IMG/VR virus record: IMGVR_UViG_3300027743_000025
Span: 22,174 to 86,173 of that record
Strand: one strand, 5' to 3'
DNA length: 64,000 nucleotides
Origin: a virus
Shown here: positions 17,538-27,725 of the stretch, piece by piece
How the letters are laid out: every line of letters starts with the position of its first letter
Numbering within the stretch: position 1 is the first letter of the stretch
The notes under the pieces: generated by a model
What the model saw: the letters and a program-made list of their open reading frames with translations, nothing else
The model's database searches: none
Told to the model about the DNA's origin: nothing
Program-made: the position numbers and the translations under genes

Positions 17538-17965
17538 GTGAGCACCTCGAACGCCAGCCGTGGCAGGCTGTCAACCGGACGGCCCTCTGTTACCGCCGCG
17601 ACCACTTCCTCCGGCGTGCGGAGCACCCAGGCCCGGTAACGCTGGACCTCCAGCCGGGTATGTGGGTCCATCCGATCTCCCACTGCCGGCCGGCACTCCA
17701 CACAGGGAACCCGCCGCACAAGGCCCTCTTCCCCCGCGTCGAGCCAGGAGATCATCCGCCAGTTGACACGGGGACAGGTCGGCTTGTGTGCCACTGTCGA
17801 GCGGCCGATCTTGCTCATGACCCACTCGTCTGAGCCAGCTAACCGATAGATCGCCAGCTCCGTCCACCGCACAGCAGAAGTCCGGGCACTGGTGGCTGAG
17901 GCGACAACGGTTGCTTCAAACTTCAGGTACCGCCGGCCGTCTCGGACGACATGCGGCGCGGCCAC
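17480..17965 (-). CDS. conserved actinophage hypothetical protein
   Basis: RWTELAIYR...GRSTVAH...C...CVEC. Confidence 0.7.
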   Translation of the reverse strand: MAAPHVVRDGRRYLKFEATVVASATSARTSAVRWTELAIYRLAGSDEWVMSKIGRSTVAHKPTCPRVNWRMISWLDAGEEGLVRRVPCVECRPAVGDRMDPHTRLEVQRYRAWVLRTPEEVVAAVTEGRPVDSLPRLAFEVLTQLRADPLLAKYVTAVIGA

Positions 17966-18240
17966 TAGCCGGCCGCCTGCCGCTTGCGGTACTTGCTCCG
18001 CCCGGTGCCGTTGGTCTGGCCGTCCTTGCCGCTGAACTCCCGCTCGATCAGCCCCCGGCGGGCCAAACGCCAGAGCCTGGTGGCTGCCTCATGGGTAGGA
18101 ATCGCGAGCACCTCAGCGACCTCTACCGGGCGCATGCCGTCAGCAGCTTTCCGCCGGTTCAGGAGCTGGACGATCAGCCGGTCGCGCTCAGCTCGGATCT
18201 CGGGAACCTCCGGCGGCTTCTTGGGCTTGATCTTCTGCAT
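17965..18240 (-). CDS. winged helix-turn-helix DNA-binding protein
   Basis: GMRPVEVAEVLAIP...LWRLARRGLIER. Confidence 0.75.
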   Translation of the reverse strand: MQKIKPKKPPEVPEIRAERDRLIVQLLNRRKAADGMRPVEVAEVLAIPTHEAATRLWRLARRGLIEREFSGKDGQTNGTGRSKYRKRQAAG

Positions 18241-18264
18241 GCTGAGTAGCGTACTATACTCCGC

Positions 18265-18825
18265 ATGATTAGTGGTGAGGCTGCGAAGGATGCGCTAGTT
18301 GTGGCGGCCCGCAAGGTGCACGCAGAGCAGATGACGATAAACGGCGACAGAATTCACGGAGTGAACATCACCGTTGACCCAGCGTTATATCTCGCTGCCT
18401 GGCAGGGTGGAAAGCTGAAGGTTGAGAAGGTGGAGATCCCCAGCGTCATGTGGGACAACGCCAACCCGGAAGTGGTGCTCAACTCCCTGATCCCGAAGGA
18501 AGGCGCCGACCAGCTGGAGGGCTTCATCGGAGCCCTGTTCACCGGCGAGGTCGTCATGGTTGACACGGAGAAGAAGGGCAAGGCCGGAGTGCCGAAGGGA
18601 ACGCTTCCCGTGACCAGCGTTTCAGGCCGGTTGACAGTGGGAGTGCTCGCCACTGAAAAGACCCAGGTGGGGTTGCTCGAAGTTGAAGGAGAGCCCGCCC
18701 CGACCATCTTCACCGAGATCGGGAAGTTCGGCCCCGTGGGGAAGGCTCTCCTTGCGTTCTCTAAGCGGATCGTGGACGCTGCTGCCACCAAGGCGACCAA
18801 TGAGGATCCGTTCAGCCCGCTCTAG
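18265..18825 (+). CDS. hypothetical protein
   Basis: Good codon bias; divergent from the HTH gene. Confidence 0.75.
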   Translation: MISGEAAKDALVVAARKVHAEQMTINGDRIHGVNITVDPALYLAAWQGGKLKVEKVEIPSVMWDNANPEVVLNSLIPKEGADQLEGFIGALFTGEVVMVDTEKKGKAGVPKGTLPVTSVSGRLTVGVLATEKTQVGLLEVEGEPAPTIFTEIGKFGPVGKALLAFSKRIVDAAATKATNEDPFSPL

Positions 18826-19691
18826 GGGACGAAATTCATCCCAACAGCGAACCCGATCGCACCGCCGATGATCAGGAATGCAATGGCGACCAGAGCGACC
18901 ACACTCCGTAAGGTGGCGTTGGCCGCCGTGAACGCCGAGGAGCTGGCATTCAGGGAGTTCAGGTTGGCGATCACCGTGGGAGCGAAGTCGTTCGCCAGGT
19001 AACCCGTGCGGTTGAAGGTGGTCCACTGAGCGCCGGCCGCCGTGTAGCTGCCCCCACTCGGGTCCACGTCGTACTGCCATACATCCTTAGCGCTCACTTC
19101 GTCCTCATCTCCTTGTCCCCACTGCCCGCGATCTTCCACCTCGGACTCATTCTTATCGCAGTCAGCGCCTGCGATATAGACCCCGTTCAGCACCTGCTTG
19201 ACGTGGTTGCCGGGATACCAGCTGCCATAGCTCCAAGCGTAGGTCTGCCAGAACCACTCGCACCAGCCATTGTTAGCCGCCTCGGTCACGGCGCGGTAGC
19301 TGCCATAGATGCCGAGCCGGGAGCGAGGCAGAACGGAAGCCAGGCCGTCAAAGTAAGACTTGGCTGTTGGCAGCTGGTTGGGCTGGATATCAAAGTCCAC
19401 TGAGAAGTAGATCGGACGATTCTCCGGCATGCCGAGAGCCCTCGCCTGCGCGATAGCCTCACGTGCGTGCTCCACCCCAGCTGAGTAGCCGCCAAGGGAG
19501 TCCTGCGTGTCCCACTCCCAGTTGCAGATCACCGAGAGTCCGGCCGCTAGCAATGAGTTCAGCTCACTTTGCCCGAGATTCTTGCCCGTCGTGTCGTACG
19601 ACAGGTAGCGAAGCACATAGCGGTAGCCGAGCCGGTACAGCTCTTGTGGGTTGGGCCGTCCCCAGGAGTAGTCAACTCCGTATACGGTCAT
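18822..19691 (-). CDS. endolysin, DUF1906 (Rv2525c-like) glycoside hydrolase with C-terminal TM helix
   Basis: GVDYSW, LRYLS, PIYFSVDFD, GIYG, WQTYAWS. Confidence 0.85.
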   Translation of the reverse strand: MTVYGVDYSWGRPNPQELYRLGYRYVLRYLSYDTTGKNLGQSELNSLLAAGLSVICNWEWDTQDSLGGYSAGVEHAREAIAQARALGMPENRPIYFSVDFDIQPNQLPTAKSYFDGLASVLPRSRLGIYGSYRAVTEAANNGWCEWFWQTYAWSYGSWYPGNHVKQVLNGVYIAGADCDKNESEVEDRGQWGQGDEDEVSAKDVWQYDVDPSGGSYTAAGAQWTTFNRTGYLANDFAPTVIANLNSLNASSSAFTAANATLRSVVALVAIAFLIIGGAIGFAVGMNFVP

Positions 19692-19700
19692 GCTCCCCTC

Positions 19701-21896
19701 CTACTCTTTCTCCTGCTTAGGCTGAGCCTTCTTGGCCGGAGGCTGCGGGACAGCCTTCTTGGCCGGCTGCTCCGCCGCCGGAGACTTGGGCTTGGGCTTG
19801 GGCTTCTCCTCCGGCTCCACCTCAGCCACGATCGGGTACGTGTCAACCGGGAAGTCTTCCAGCGGCATAGCCGACTCGTCCACAGGGGACTCCTCAGCTG
19901 TTGCTGCCAGCCCGCCGCCGTCAGTGATCTGGAAGATCAGCCTTCCGGATCTGGTTCCATCCGCGTTCTGGACAACAAGCGCCAAGGCGTACGGAACGCC
20001 GGGGGTGACAGTGAACTGAGAAACAGGAAGCACAGCAGTCAGTTGCGTTGGACTGACGGGAGTAGTCACCAGCTGAATGTCCTTGATATTGGTATTTCCT
20101 GTGGTGAATACCAAGACTTTCGGGTTGTTGAACCCTGTTCCGTTAATCGTCAAAACGGTGTCAGGGCTGCCGGGCAACACATCTGGAGGGGACACGTCGA
20201 CAATTGTCGGAGAGGAAGCGCTAACGATGATTGACTGAGGAGCCTCCGCTCCTGAAGAGTCAATCACCTTGGCCGAGTAGGTGCCGGGGCCTGCATAGGT
20301 GTGGGCGTAAGCCGCGTTGTTCTGGAATGGAGGGAGGAAATCCTGCGTCCCATCGCCCCACACGAAAGTCTGCTGTGCACCAAGGCCGCTCATGTTCCGG
20401 CCGGCCATCCCGCCGTTGTACCAGTATGAAGTGAGCAGAGAGGCAGGTGCCGCAGTGATGGGGAAGCTCTGCTCTCCCCAGGCCCCAGTGGAATCCGTAG
20501 CCCGAACCGTGTAGGTCCCAGCAGCAGCATAGGTGTGAGACGTGGTAGCTGTGCCATTGGCAGCCGTGGTGAACGTTCCGTCTCCCCAATCGTAGGTAAC
20601 CGCCCCCGTAGAGAACTGAGCAGTTGCATCGAGCTTGAGCGCAACGTGAGTGCCTGCAACCTTGAGCCCGGTAACCACCAGCTGCTGAGTCTTCAGAGCG
20701 GCCCCAGCAGTGGGGGTCTGCCCTGATCCGCTGGAGAGCAGTGAAACGGTATACGTCCCAGGGGCCGGGTAGGTGAAGATCGGTCCCGCTCCTGCCGATG
20801 CACAAGCCTGTCCGCCCGCTGCGCCGAAGTCGTAGCAGAAGTGTGGAGCCTGGTTGGTTGACAGCTGTGCCTTGAGGCCGCCCATGTTGTGCACGCTGAA
20901 GGTGACATCCACCGGGACAGGCTCTGTGCTGGAAGCTCCGCCGACATCAGTTGCCGTGATGGTGTAGGCACCCAGCGTGGCGTAGTAGTGGGTCGTCGGG
21001 GTAGTCCCGTTAGGAGCGACCGTATCTGTGGACCCGTCTCCCCAGTCGTACGTCACCGCGCCGGTAGCGTTCGGGGCTGTGACCGTCACCGTCTGACCGG
21101 TCCGGACCACCGTGATCGGGAGGAGCACCAACGACGGGTCAATGGGTCCGAGCCGCACCGCCGCGCAGGGCGCGAAGTCGACGGCCGCGATCTCGTTGGC
21201 CTGCACCATGGTGTGGTTCTGCTGCGCGTTCAAGATCAGCCCGGACGTGTCAACCGGGGTGAGGTAGATCTTGATCGGGCCGGTGAACCACAGCCACGGG
21301 ACGACGCGGGGATCTCCGGTCGGGAAGGGGTTGGAGTATCCGGTGGACGACACCACCACGTCACCCCAGACCGAGACCAGGTCTCCGTCTCCCGTAGTCG
21401 TCAGGACCCCAAGCTGGATGAGCTTGGGCACGTGATCCGGGGCCACATGCATTAGTGGGGCTTCGCCGATCACTGAGCTGGTCCACATCTCCCGAGCACC
21501 CGAGATAGCGGCGACCCAGTCAGCGTCAGTGGCGTTGTCCGGGTCGGCCGGCAGCGGCGCCTCTCGCATGCCCCCCAGCCAGGTCTGCGCGTCGCCAGTC
21601 GCCTGCATGATGAATGACCGGCCCAGAGCCCGCTCGTTGACATCCTTCAGTGCGCCTTTGAGCCAGGTCGGGGCGTCTTCCCGGTAGCAGGATGTGCCGC
21701 TGAACAGCTCAGCGTTGATAGCGAACGGCGCCACAAAGTATACGGAGTCATCTTCCCCCGTGATGATCTGGCTGTCCTCTACTGCACAAGCGTCAGAGAG
21801 GTACACGTTCACGTCACACTCGCGCGCCTTTGCCTCGTAACCCACCATCCAGTTGCCCTCGGACACCTGCACGTCGGCCGCGTCAAGTAGTCTCAT
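19701..21896 (-). CDS. virion protein: capsid-pentamer-like N-terminus + PKD repeats + IPT/TIG-like domain
   Basis: YDWGDG / HTY...GTYT repeats; LTINGTGF; pentamer-like assignment is inference. Confidence 0.65.
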   Translation of the reverse strand: MRLLDAADVQVSEGNWMVGYEAKARECDVNVYLSDACAVEDSQIITGEDDSVYFVAPFAINAELFSGTSCYREDAPTWLKGALKDVNERALGRSFIMQATGDAQTWLGGMREAPLPADPDNATDADWVAAISGAREMWTSSVIGEAPLMHVAPDHVPKLIQLGVLTTTGDGDLVSVWGDVVVSSTGYSNPFPTGDPRVVPWLWFTGPIKIYLTPVDTSGLILNAQQNHTMVQANEIAAVDFAPCAAVRLGPIDPSLVLLPITVVRTGQTVTVTAPNATGAVTYDWGDGSTDTVAPNGTTPTTHYYATLGAYTITATDVGGASSTEPVPVDVTFSVHNMGGLKAQLSTNQAPHFCYDFGAAGGQACASAGAGPIFTYPAPGTYTVSLLSSGSGQTPTAGAALKTQQLVVTGLKVAGTHVALKLDATAQFSTGAVTYDWGDGTFTTAANGTATTSHTYAAAGTYTVRATDSTGAWGEQSFPITAAPASLLTSYWYNGGMAGRNMSGLGAQQTFVWGDGTQDFLPPFQNNAAYAHTYAGPGTYSAKVIDSSGAEAPQSIIVSASSPTIVDVSPPDVLPGSPDTVLTINGTGFNNPKVLVFTTGNTNIKDIQLVTTPVSPTQLTAVLPVSQFTVTPGVPYALALVVQNADGTRSGRLIFQITDGGGLAATAEESPVDESAMPLEDFPVDTYPIVAEVEPEEKPKPKPKSPAAEQPAKKAVPQPPAKKAQPKQEKE

Positions 21897-21905
21897 GTCC
21901 TCTCC

Positions 21906-22643
21906 TCAGTTGGTGTAGCTGGCCGTGAGCTGGCCCTGGTTGGGTACGGTGGTCTGGATTACCGTTTCGTATAGGTCTGAGTGTAAGCCGATTCCGACCG
22001 CCGTAGCGTCGCGAAATGCCTGTGCCCACGCTATGGGGAGGTAGATCGTAGTGAGCACGCCAGTAGGGATATACGGAGTAAAAACCCTAGAAATACTGGT
22101 ATAAGACCCCGGAGAGCCGGTTCCTGTCCCTGCCTTCAACAGGTCAACCGCCAGCGATACCTTGCTGAATACCTGAAAGGGCTGGATCTTGATGTTGAGA
22201 CCAGTCAGGGTCTTGCCCACCAGCGAGGTGCCGAAGGCTGCCGGGTAGAACATGGCCACATTCTGTTCCCCGCCCACGGGGAGGTTCACCCCGCTGCTCC
22301 ACGCCCCCGTGTCTTCGCGATACCCGGCCCAGCTACTGGCTGTGGTGGAAGTAGGAGTGATTACCGGATCTACTGGAGCCGTCACCAGAGTTACCTTGCC
22401 GAGCAGCAGCATTCCCCTGGTCTCCATGACCAAAGTCTCGGCAAAGTCCCCCACGGCCGGCGTGTAGTTGCCCGTATATGCCACACCAGTGATATCTACG
22501 TTGGATGGGTTGGTAGTCGTCGACTCATCGGTGTATCTGACCGTCGCCGTGCGCGTGGTGGTGTTCACGGCCGTTACATAGGTCCGGATGACCCGGATGG
22601 GAGTTTCTTTCTTGAGCACATGGGCCAGGTCGTAGGACATCAC
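21906..22643 (-). CDS. minor tail protein
   Basis: YTPAVGD...LLLG OB-fold-like N-terminus; position after the hub gene. Confidence 0.7.
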   Translation of the reverse strand: MMSYDLAHVLKKETPIRVIRTYVTAVNTTTRTATVRYTDESTTTNPSNVDITGVAYTGNYTPAVGDFAETLVMETRGMLLLGKVTLVTAPVDPVITPTSTTASSWAGYREDTGAWSSGVNLPVGGEQNVAMFYPAAFGTSLVGKTLTGLNIKIQPFQVFSKVSLAVDLLKAGTGTGSPGSYTSISRVFTPYIPTGVLTTIYLPIAWAQAFRDATAVGIGLHSDLYETVIQTTVPNQGQLTASYTN

Positions 22644-23746
22644 TCATCCCCCAGGTCGGTCTTGGTAGCCAAGGTCGTCAAACTAGACGTACCTCCGGCC
22701 AACGGGGTGGTGATGCTCTGTATAATGTGGATTTCTGACTGTCCATCCTCCAGAATCATCTCAAAGGCATCCCCCGCCTCTGGATACATGAGCGGAAGCA
22801 GCTCCAGACCCACAGTGCGGGACTTGGCCAGGGCCAGTGCCAGGGCATTGTTAGCCATTGCCTGGCATTCAGCCGCCGTCCGGATGAACGGGCTGGTGAC
22901 GAATCTAGGCACCATGCCGAACGGGCCACCCCAGCGGGTAGGGGATTTTGATTCCACTCCTCCGACCATGAAGGGGTCGTAGGCAACCGCGAATGCCGGT
23001 TTGATAGCTGGATCAGTGGGCTGCGTTGTTGCCACCACTGCGTTGTACACAGCTGAGCGGTTGGACTCGATGGTAGGCATGACGATAACGCCGTTCTGGC
23101 CTACCTTCAGCTGAAACGCAGGGCCAGAGTTGCTGATATTGGGGATGTCCTTGATGATGAACCGCCCGGACCAGTCCACAAAGACCTCAGCGTCAACGCT
23201 CCGGGCCAGCGTGTCAACCGCTTCCCATCTCTCCCGATCCCAGGGCACTTGAGTCCTCACCCTGCCGTCTCTGGTGTTCATCGCGATGACCTCTGCTGAA
23301 GGTAGAACCTCAGTGATCAGTCCTGCGATAGAGGCTGTAGCCATGGAGTTGTACACCGGCATCCGAGGCGTAATGAACCGAGCGTCAATGATGTAGTTCT
23401 CCAGCCCGACACCTTTGATTGGCACCGTTCCCCGGCTGGTCGTGCGGCTTACGGTGTCAACTCGGAATTCCCCCAGCTGGAGCAGCTCATTGATACCGCC
23501 ACTGAGTCCCTTGTACACCTTGAACCGGCACTCCAGTGCGTCGATGTTCAGATTTTCCCACTGATTCAGGGCCACCTCGAAGTCGCATGTCAACCGGCTA
23601 TTGCTGCCGCGATCGCTGGTCAAAGAGCCACGTGTGAACTTCACATTCTCGACTGCCAGCACACCGTTCCGGTAGATGTCGATCTTGGTGGTGTATGTGT
23701 GGGAAAGCTGCACGGCCTCGCGGAACCCGTCACTGACAGGGATCAT
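22640..23746 (-). CDS. minor tail protein (baseplate hub, DUF5047-like)
   Basis: F.EAV..SH, LG.FRV, YNAVVA, GGPFGMVPRF. Confidence 0.8.
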   Translation of the reverse strand: MIPVSDGFREAVQLSHTYTTKIDIYRNGVLAVENVKFTRGSLTSDRGSNSRLTCDFEVALNQWENLNIDALECRFKVYKGLSGGINELLQLGEFRVDTVSRTTSRGTVPIKGVGLENYIIDARFITPRMPVYNSMATASIAGLITEVLPSAEVIAMNTRDGRVRTQVPWDRERWEAVDTLARSVDAEVFVDWSGRFIIKDIPNISNSGPAFQLKVGQNGVIVMPTIESNRSAVYNAVVATTQPTDPAIKPAFAVAYDPFMVGGVESKSPTRWGGPFGMVPRFVTSPFIRTAAECQAMANNALALALAKSRTVGLELLPLMYPEAGDAFEMILEDGQSEIHIIQSITTPLAGGTSSLTTLATKTDLGDE

Positions 23747-25509
23747 GGCGTCTCCCCCTGCGGACCCTGAGGAGGCACGCCAGCCAGCGCCCATCCGGTC
23801 GCCGCCTGCACAGTAGGGAGTCTCTCCGGCTTCGTGATGCGCGGAACGGCCGAGCGTCCGGGACGACTGAACGTCCCACTGCTACCGCCAGGTATGGTGA
23901 CATCGAGCCAGGTGCCGCTCTGAGCCAGCTCCCGCCAGCCGCCTGCCGCGTCCTTGACATCCTGCCAATCCGGGATGGTAGTTAGCGCGATCAAACCCTC
24001 TGGCGCCTCAACCTTGTCGATCGGCACAGCCCACGAGCGCTCCGGCCTCCGGTGGTCTTTAAAGACCCTATTCTCAACTAGGTTGCCACATGCGATATAC
24101 CAGTTGTTCTCTGGATATCTAGAATCAGTGTTCCTCAGGAAGAGAATGTGGCCAGGGGCAAATAGTCCTAGGACTCTTTCCCGCTCCTCCAGTGTATGGG
24201 TAAAAAACACCATGTCTGTCGATGCATCTATGCGCTTATCAGAGACAGCTACCTGATCGAACCGGTTGACAATCGGGTAGAGATCCTGCCGTGCAGCATA
24301 GGTGATGTCACCGATACGGATCAAACCGACCCACATGCCTAGAGCAGGAGCGATGGGATCCTGAAGGAAGATAGGAGAGCACGCTAGCAGAGCATCGCTG
24401 TAGTCCGGACCCAGCAGCTCACAGTCCGCATAGGACACCGTGACGCTAGGTCCGTAGTACGTGACAGCCCCGTTCGGCTCTATGACGATACTGTCGTCAT
24501 GACTGAATTCCGAGGTATCCGGAGCTGTATAGACGACATCAGCTGCCGTTGTGTTCCTGTCGATGTAGTTATTGATCGCAGGGTGGAAGGTGTTCCCTGC
24601 TCCTGTTGCGTCTCCGGCTTGGAGGATCTGAAGCTTGTCAAAGTACCAGACAGAGACTGACTCAGCTGAGCTTCCTCCGTGCGAGAGGGTCAGCACATTT
24701 GTGGAAGACGTTGCTGGTGCTGTGAACTCTGCCGCGAAGAAAACCCACTTGCCACGATCCCCCGGCCTAATGCCGATGATCTTGATGGGAGCCAGCACAA
24801 CAGCCCCATCGCCGCTAACAGCATTGATGGAGGCATACAGCGCGCCTATCTCAGTCAGAGGTTCGCCGCCGGCAGGGTTTACCAGGAGATCCGACCATGG
24901 CACCCCCGTGTCGCCTAGCTGGTCCCACGTCTGGGAAGCCTGGTCATACACGTTCTGCCAAAGCTGTCCAGCAGGGCTGATCACCTGAACGTAGCCTGTC
25001 AACCGGTACCGCTTGCCGGCCACCCAGCCAGGGGCGCCCCCAGTGTGCGAGAGCGGGATCGTGTAGAGGAGAGCCGGCTGCGCGTCAGTGGACACCCGCG
25101 CCATGCTTGTGCCGTTGAGCGGGGCAGAAGCCTCAGGGTCTGCACTGCCATCAACGTAGGTCAGGACATGAGGGGCGACCGTCTTCCAGTCCTCCGGAGC
25201 GGTCTGCGTGTCCTGATCAAACATGGGATTGGAGAGCAGCTGACGCTGGACGAACCTCTGAGCGTTGGCCGGCAAGGTCATCAACATGCGGTAGAACACA
25301 GGCTGGCCCAGTGGCATCTCTGAATCCTCGAACGGGGTCAAGCCCCCCGGGTTGACACCAGTCCTGACTCCGCCCCGGATAGTGACCCAGGACGACTCCA
25401 CCGTGGGCGTGACAGTGCGCTGCACGTTCACGTTGGTGTTCGGGTACTGCACGTCACCGGTCAGGATGGCCACCCCGCGCTGTGTGTTGATGTCGCACTC
25501 CAGTGACAT
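23743..25509 (-). CDS. minor tail (distal tail) protein with inserted carbohydrate-binding-like domain
   Basis: Follows tape measure; D.E.PLG.PV.Y motif; NPMFD...CBM-like insert. Confidence 0.7.
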   Translation of the reverse strand: MSLECDINTQRGVAILTGDVQYPNTNVNVQRTVTPTVESSWVTIRGGVRTGVNPGGLTPFEDSEMPLGQPVFYRMLMTLPANAQRFVQRQLLSNPMFDQDTQTAPEDWKTVAPHVLTYVDGSADPEASAPLNGTSMARVSTDAQPALLYTIPLSHTGGAPGWVAGKRYRLTGYVQVISPAGQLWQNVYDQASQTWDQLGDTGVPWSDLLVNPAGGEPLTEIGALYASINAVSGDGAVVLAPIKIIGIRPGDRGKWVFFAAEFTAPATSSTNVLTLSHGGSSAESVSVWYFDKLQILQAGDATGAGNTFHPAINNYIDRNTTAADVVYTAPDTSEFSHDDSIVIEPNGAVTYYGPSVTVSYADCELLGPDYSDALLACSPIFLQDPIAPALGMWVGLIRIGDITYAARQDLYPIVNRFDQVAVSDKRIDASTDMVFFTHTLEERERVLGLFAPGHILFLRNTDSRYPENNWYIACGNLVENRVFKDHRRPERSWAVPIDKVEAPEGLIALTTIPDWQDVKDAAGGWRELAQSGTWLDVTIPGGSSGTFSRPGRSAVPRITKPERLPTVQAATGWALAGVPPQGPQGETP

Positions 25510-25513
25510 GGCC

Positions 25514-27718
25514 CTACCTCCGTCCGGTCACGATCTGCTGCGCCAGGGTCTCGTTGTTTTCTTCGATCTTGGTATCAATGATGGCGTCCAGCTTCTCCTG
25601 GCCAATGTAGACGTTGACCGTAGTGGCACCCGCAGTGGCCGTGGCCACCTTGGTGGGATTGGAGGAGTCGGCCTGCGATGGTCCAGAGGATGGTGTGGGG
25701 ACCTGGCCGGTGCGGTTCATGAAGTTCAGCGCCCCGACACCCAGCGCCTTGACGGCTGCCGACCTCAGTACGAACTCCCCGTTGGACAAGTTCGTCGGGA
25801 TGCTGTCAGAGGTAGCCGTGCCTGGCCCCGTGATCAGGCCGCCTGTAGCTTTGTTCTTCTCTATCAGACGCTCAGCGTTGATCCTGGCAATAGAGCCTTC
25901 AACATCCCGGAGTCCACTAAGAACCTTACCGATGTTCACCTGCGCTGCCTCGATACCAACCTGAATCTGGACCTTGATCGGGTCATCTGGGAACTTACCA
26001 ATCTCCCTGGCTAGGCCGTTCAAGGAATCCCGAGCTGTGCCAGTAGCCCCAGCCGCGTTTAGAGCACCGGTAGTGAAAGACTTGAACCTCTTATCAGCTT
26101 CTGCCTTGCTGATTTTTCCAGCTTGCACTTCCCCCAGCAAGGCACTGGCAGCTGTCTTGATGCTAGCTTCAATGGTCTTGTAGTTGGCTTGGCCAGCCCT
26201 GGTCCTAATGTCCAGGGTCCTACCATTTTCCTTAATGGACTCGGTTATGTCGAGCCAAGCCTCATTGATTGCTAGCTGAGGATCCAAACTGGACTGAGTC
26301 GAAGATATCAGGTCCTTTTGGGCCTGAATGACATCCCTATACGCTTTTTCCTGGCCCTCTAGGCTAAGGGTGACCGGGTCAATCCCCTTCTTGATTGAAT
26401 CAGCAGCTGACTTGCCGACCGTGTCAAATCCTTTCCCAATGTCCTCAAGGGACTTTGAGTCAAATCCATCTATAGCACCTCCCATCCTGTTGACTGAGGC
26501 CGCCATTTCAGAGGTACCAGCCGTGGCGACTGCCAGCGCTGCCCGTGCAATGGGGTTCATTTTGTTGACTTTTTCGCCCCACTTGTCGAGCAATTCAATC
26601 AGCTTGATGCCTATGAGTATCAGGCCCAGAATGGACCGAGCTACAACCACCACGGCCGCGCCGAGGAAGCCCATGGCTATCTTGACTTCCTTGGAATGGT
26701 TGTTCATTTGCTCGAACACGGCAGCCAAGTCATGCCCGATGACATCGACGATCTCAATCAGGATTGGCAAGAACATCTCACTGCCCTTAATGAGGGCATC
26801 GAAGATCCTCGTGATAACCAGCTCAGCCCTTTGGAATGCACCAGAGATCTGATTGGCAACGTTTCCCAGAGGCTTCAGGTTGACTCTCCTAAGTATTCCC
26901 AGGAGAGCATCAGTAGCCGATCTAAGGACTCCCATCAGCGGGCCGCGTATAGGCTCAAGGGCGCTTAGTAGCCCCGCCATCAGATTTTGTCCAGCCTGCT
27001 GACCGGCAAGCTTGAACGTTGGATCCTTGCTGATCAGCAGGATCAGCGCACCGCCCACCAGCCCGGCTCCAGCAACAGCGCTCAGGTAACCAGCAATTCC
27101 AGTAACTAGGAACGATCCCAGGAGTGTCGCTGCCGCCGCGATCGCTGCCAATACTGGCGGCGATGTAAAGGATGAGATTAGCCCACGACCACCCAACAGC
27201 TCTGTGGTCATAGCCTGGCTAATGTTCGAGCCAATAGAGCCCAGCCCTGAGACGATCCCTGCTCCCAGCGATTTACCGGCAGTGACTCCTCTTTCTCTGG
27301 CCAGTGCTCCGCCGATGGATATATTAGAGGTGACGCGCGAAGCGAGGCTCTTTACCTGACTAACAAACCCAGCGACGAAAGAGTTACCGGAGATCCGGCC
27401 GTCCTTGTCTACCTTCCTCCGAACTTTCTCAGTTACATCACTGATGGATTTGACTACCGTCTGGGAAGAGTTTTTGATGCCATTAGAAATGCCCTTAGTG
27501 ACATTCTTACCTATTTTATCTCCAGTCTGCTTAAGATCAGGTGAAGAGGAGACTCCCTTAGCAATACTCTTTCCAGCATCCTTGCCCACTGCTTCAGCTG
27601 CTTTGTCTATGTCTTTCTTTGCATCCTTAAGCGAACCCTCCACGGTCTTTTTGATATCATCGCTGACCTTGCTGGAGATCAGCTTGACCCTGATATAAGC
27701 AGTGCCAACGATTGCCAT
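25514..27718 (-). CDS. tape measure protein
   Basis: VGTAYIRV start, Ala/Gly/Leu-rich helices, ATGG..GPGT..SDSIP..LSNGEFV. Confidence 0.9.
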   Translation of the reverse strand: MAIVGTAYIRVKLISSKVSDDIKKTVEGSLKDAKKDIDKAAEAVGKDAGKSIAKGVSSSPDLKQTGDKIGKNVTKGISNGIKNSSQTVVKSISDVTEKVRRKVDKDGRISGNSFVAGFVSQVKSLASRVTSNISIGGALARERGVTAGKSLGAGIVSGLGSIGSNISQAMTTELLGGRGLISSFTSPPVLAAIAAAATLLGSFLVTGIAGYLSAVAGAGLVGGALILLISKDPTFKLAGQQAGQNLMAGLLSALEPIRGPLMGVLRSATDALLGILRRVNLKPLGNVANQISGAFQRAELVITRIFDALIKGSEMFLPILIEIVDVIGHDLAAVFEQMNNHSKEVKIAMGFLGAAVVVVARSILGLILIGIKLIELLDKWGEKVNKMNPIARAALAVATAGTSEMAASVNRMGGAIDGFDSKSLEDIGKGFDTVGKSAADSIKKGIDPVTLSLEGQEKAYRDVIQAQKDLISSTQSSLDPQLAINEAWLDITESIKENGRTLDIRTRAGQANYKTIEASIKTAASALLGEVQAGKISKAEADKRFKSFTTGALNAAGATGTARDSLNGLAREIGKFPDDPIKVQIQVGIEAAQVNIGKVLSGLRDVEGSIARINAERLIEKNKATGGLITGPGTATSDSIPTNLSNGEFVLRSAAVKALGVGALNFMNRTGQVPTPSSGPSQADSSNPTKVATATAGATTVNVYIGQEKLDAIIDTKIEENNETLAQQIVTGRR

Positions 27719-27725
27719 GGAGTGT

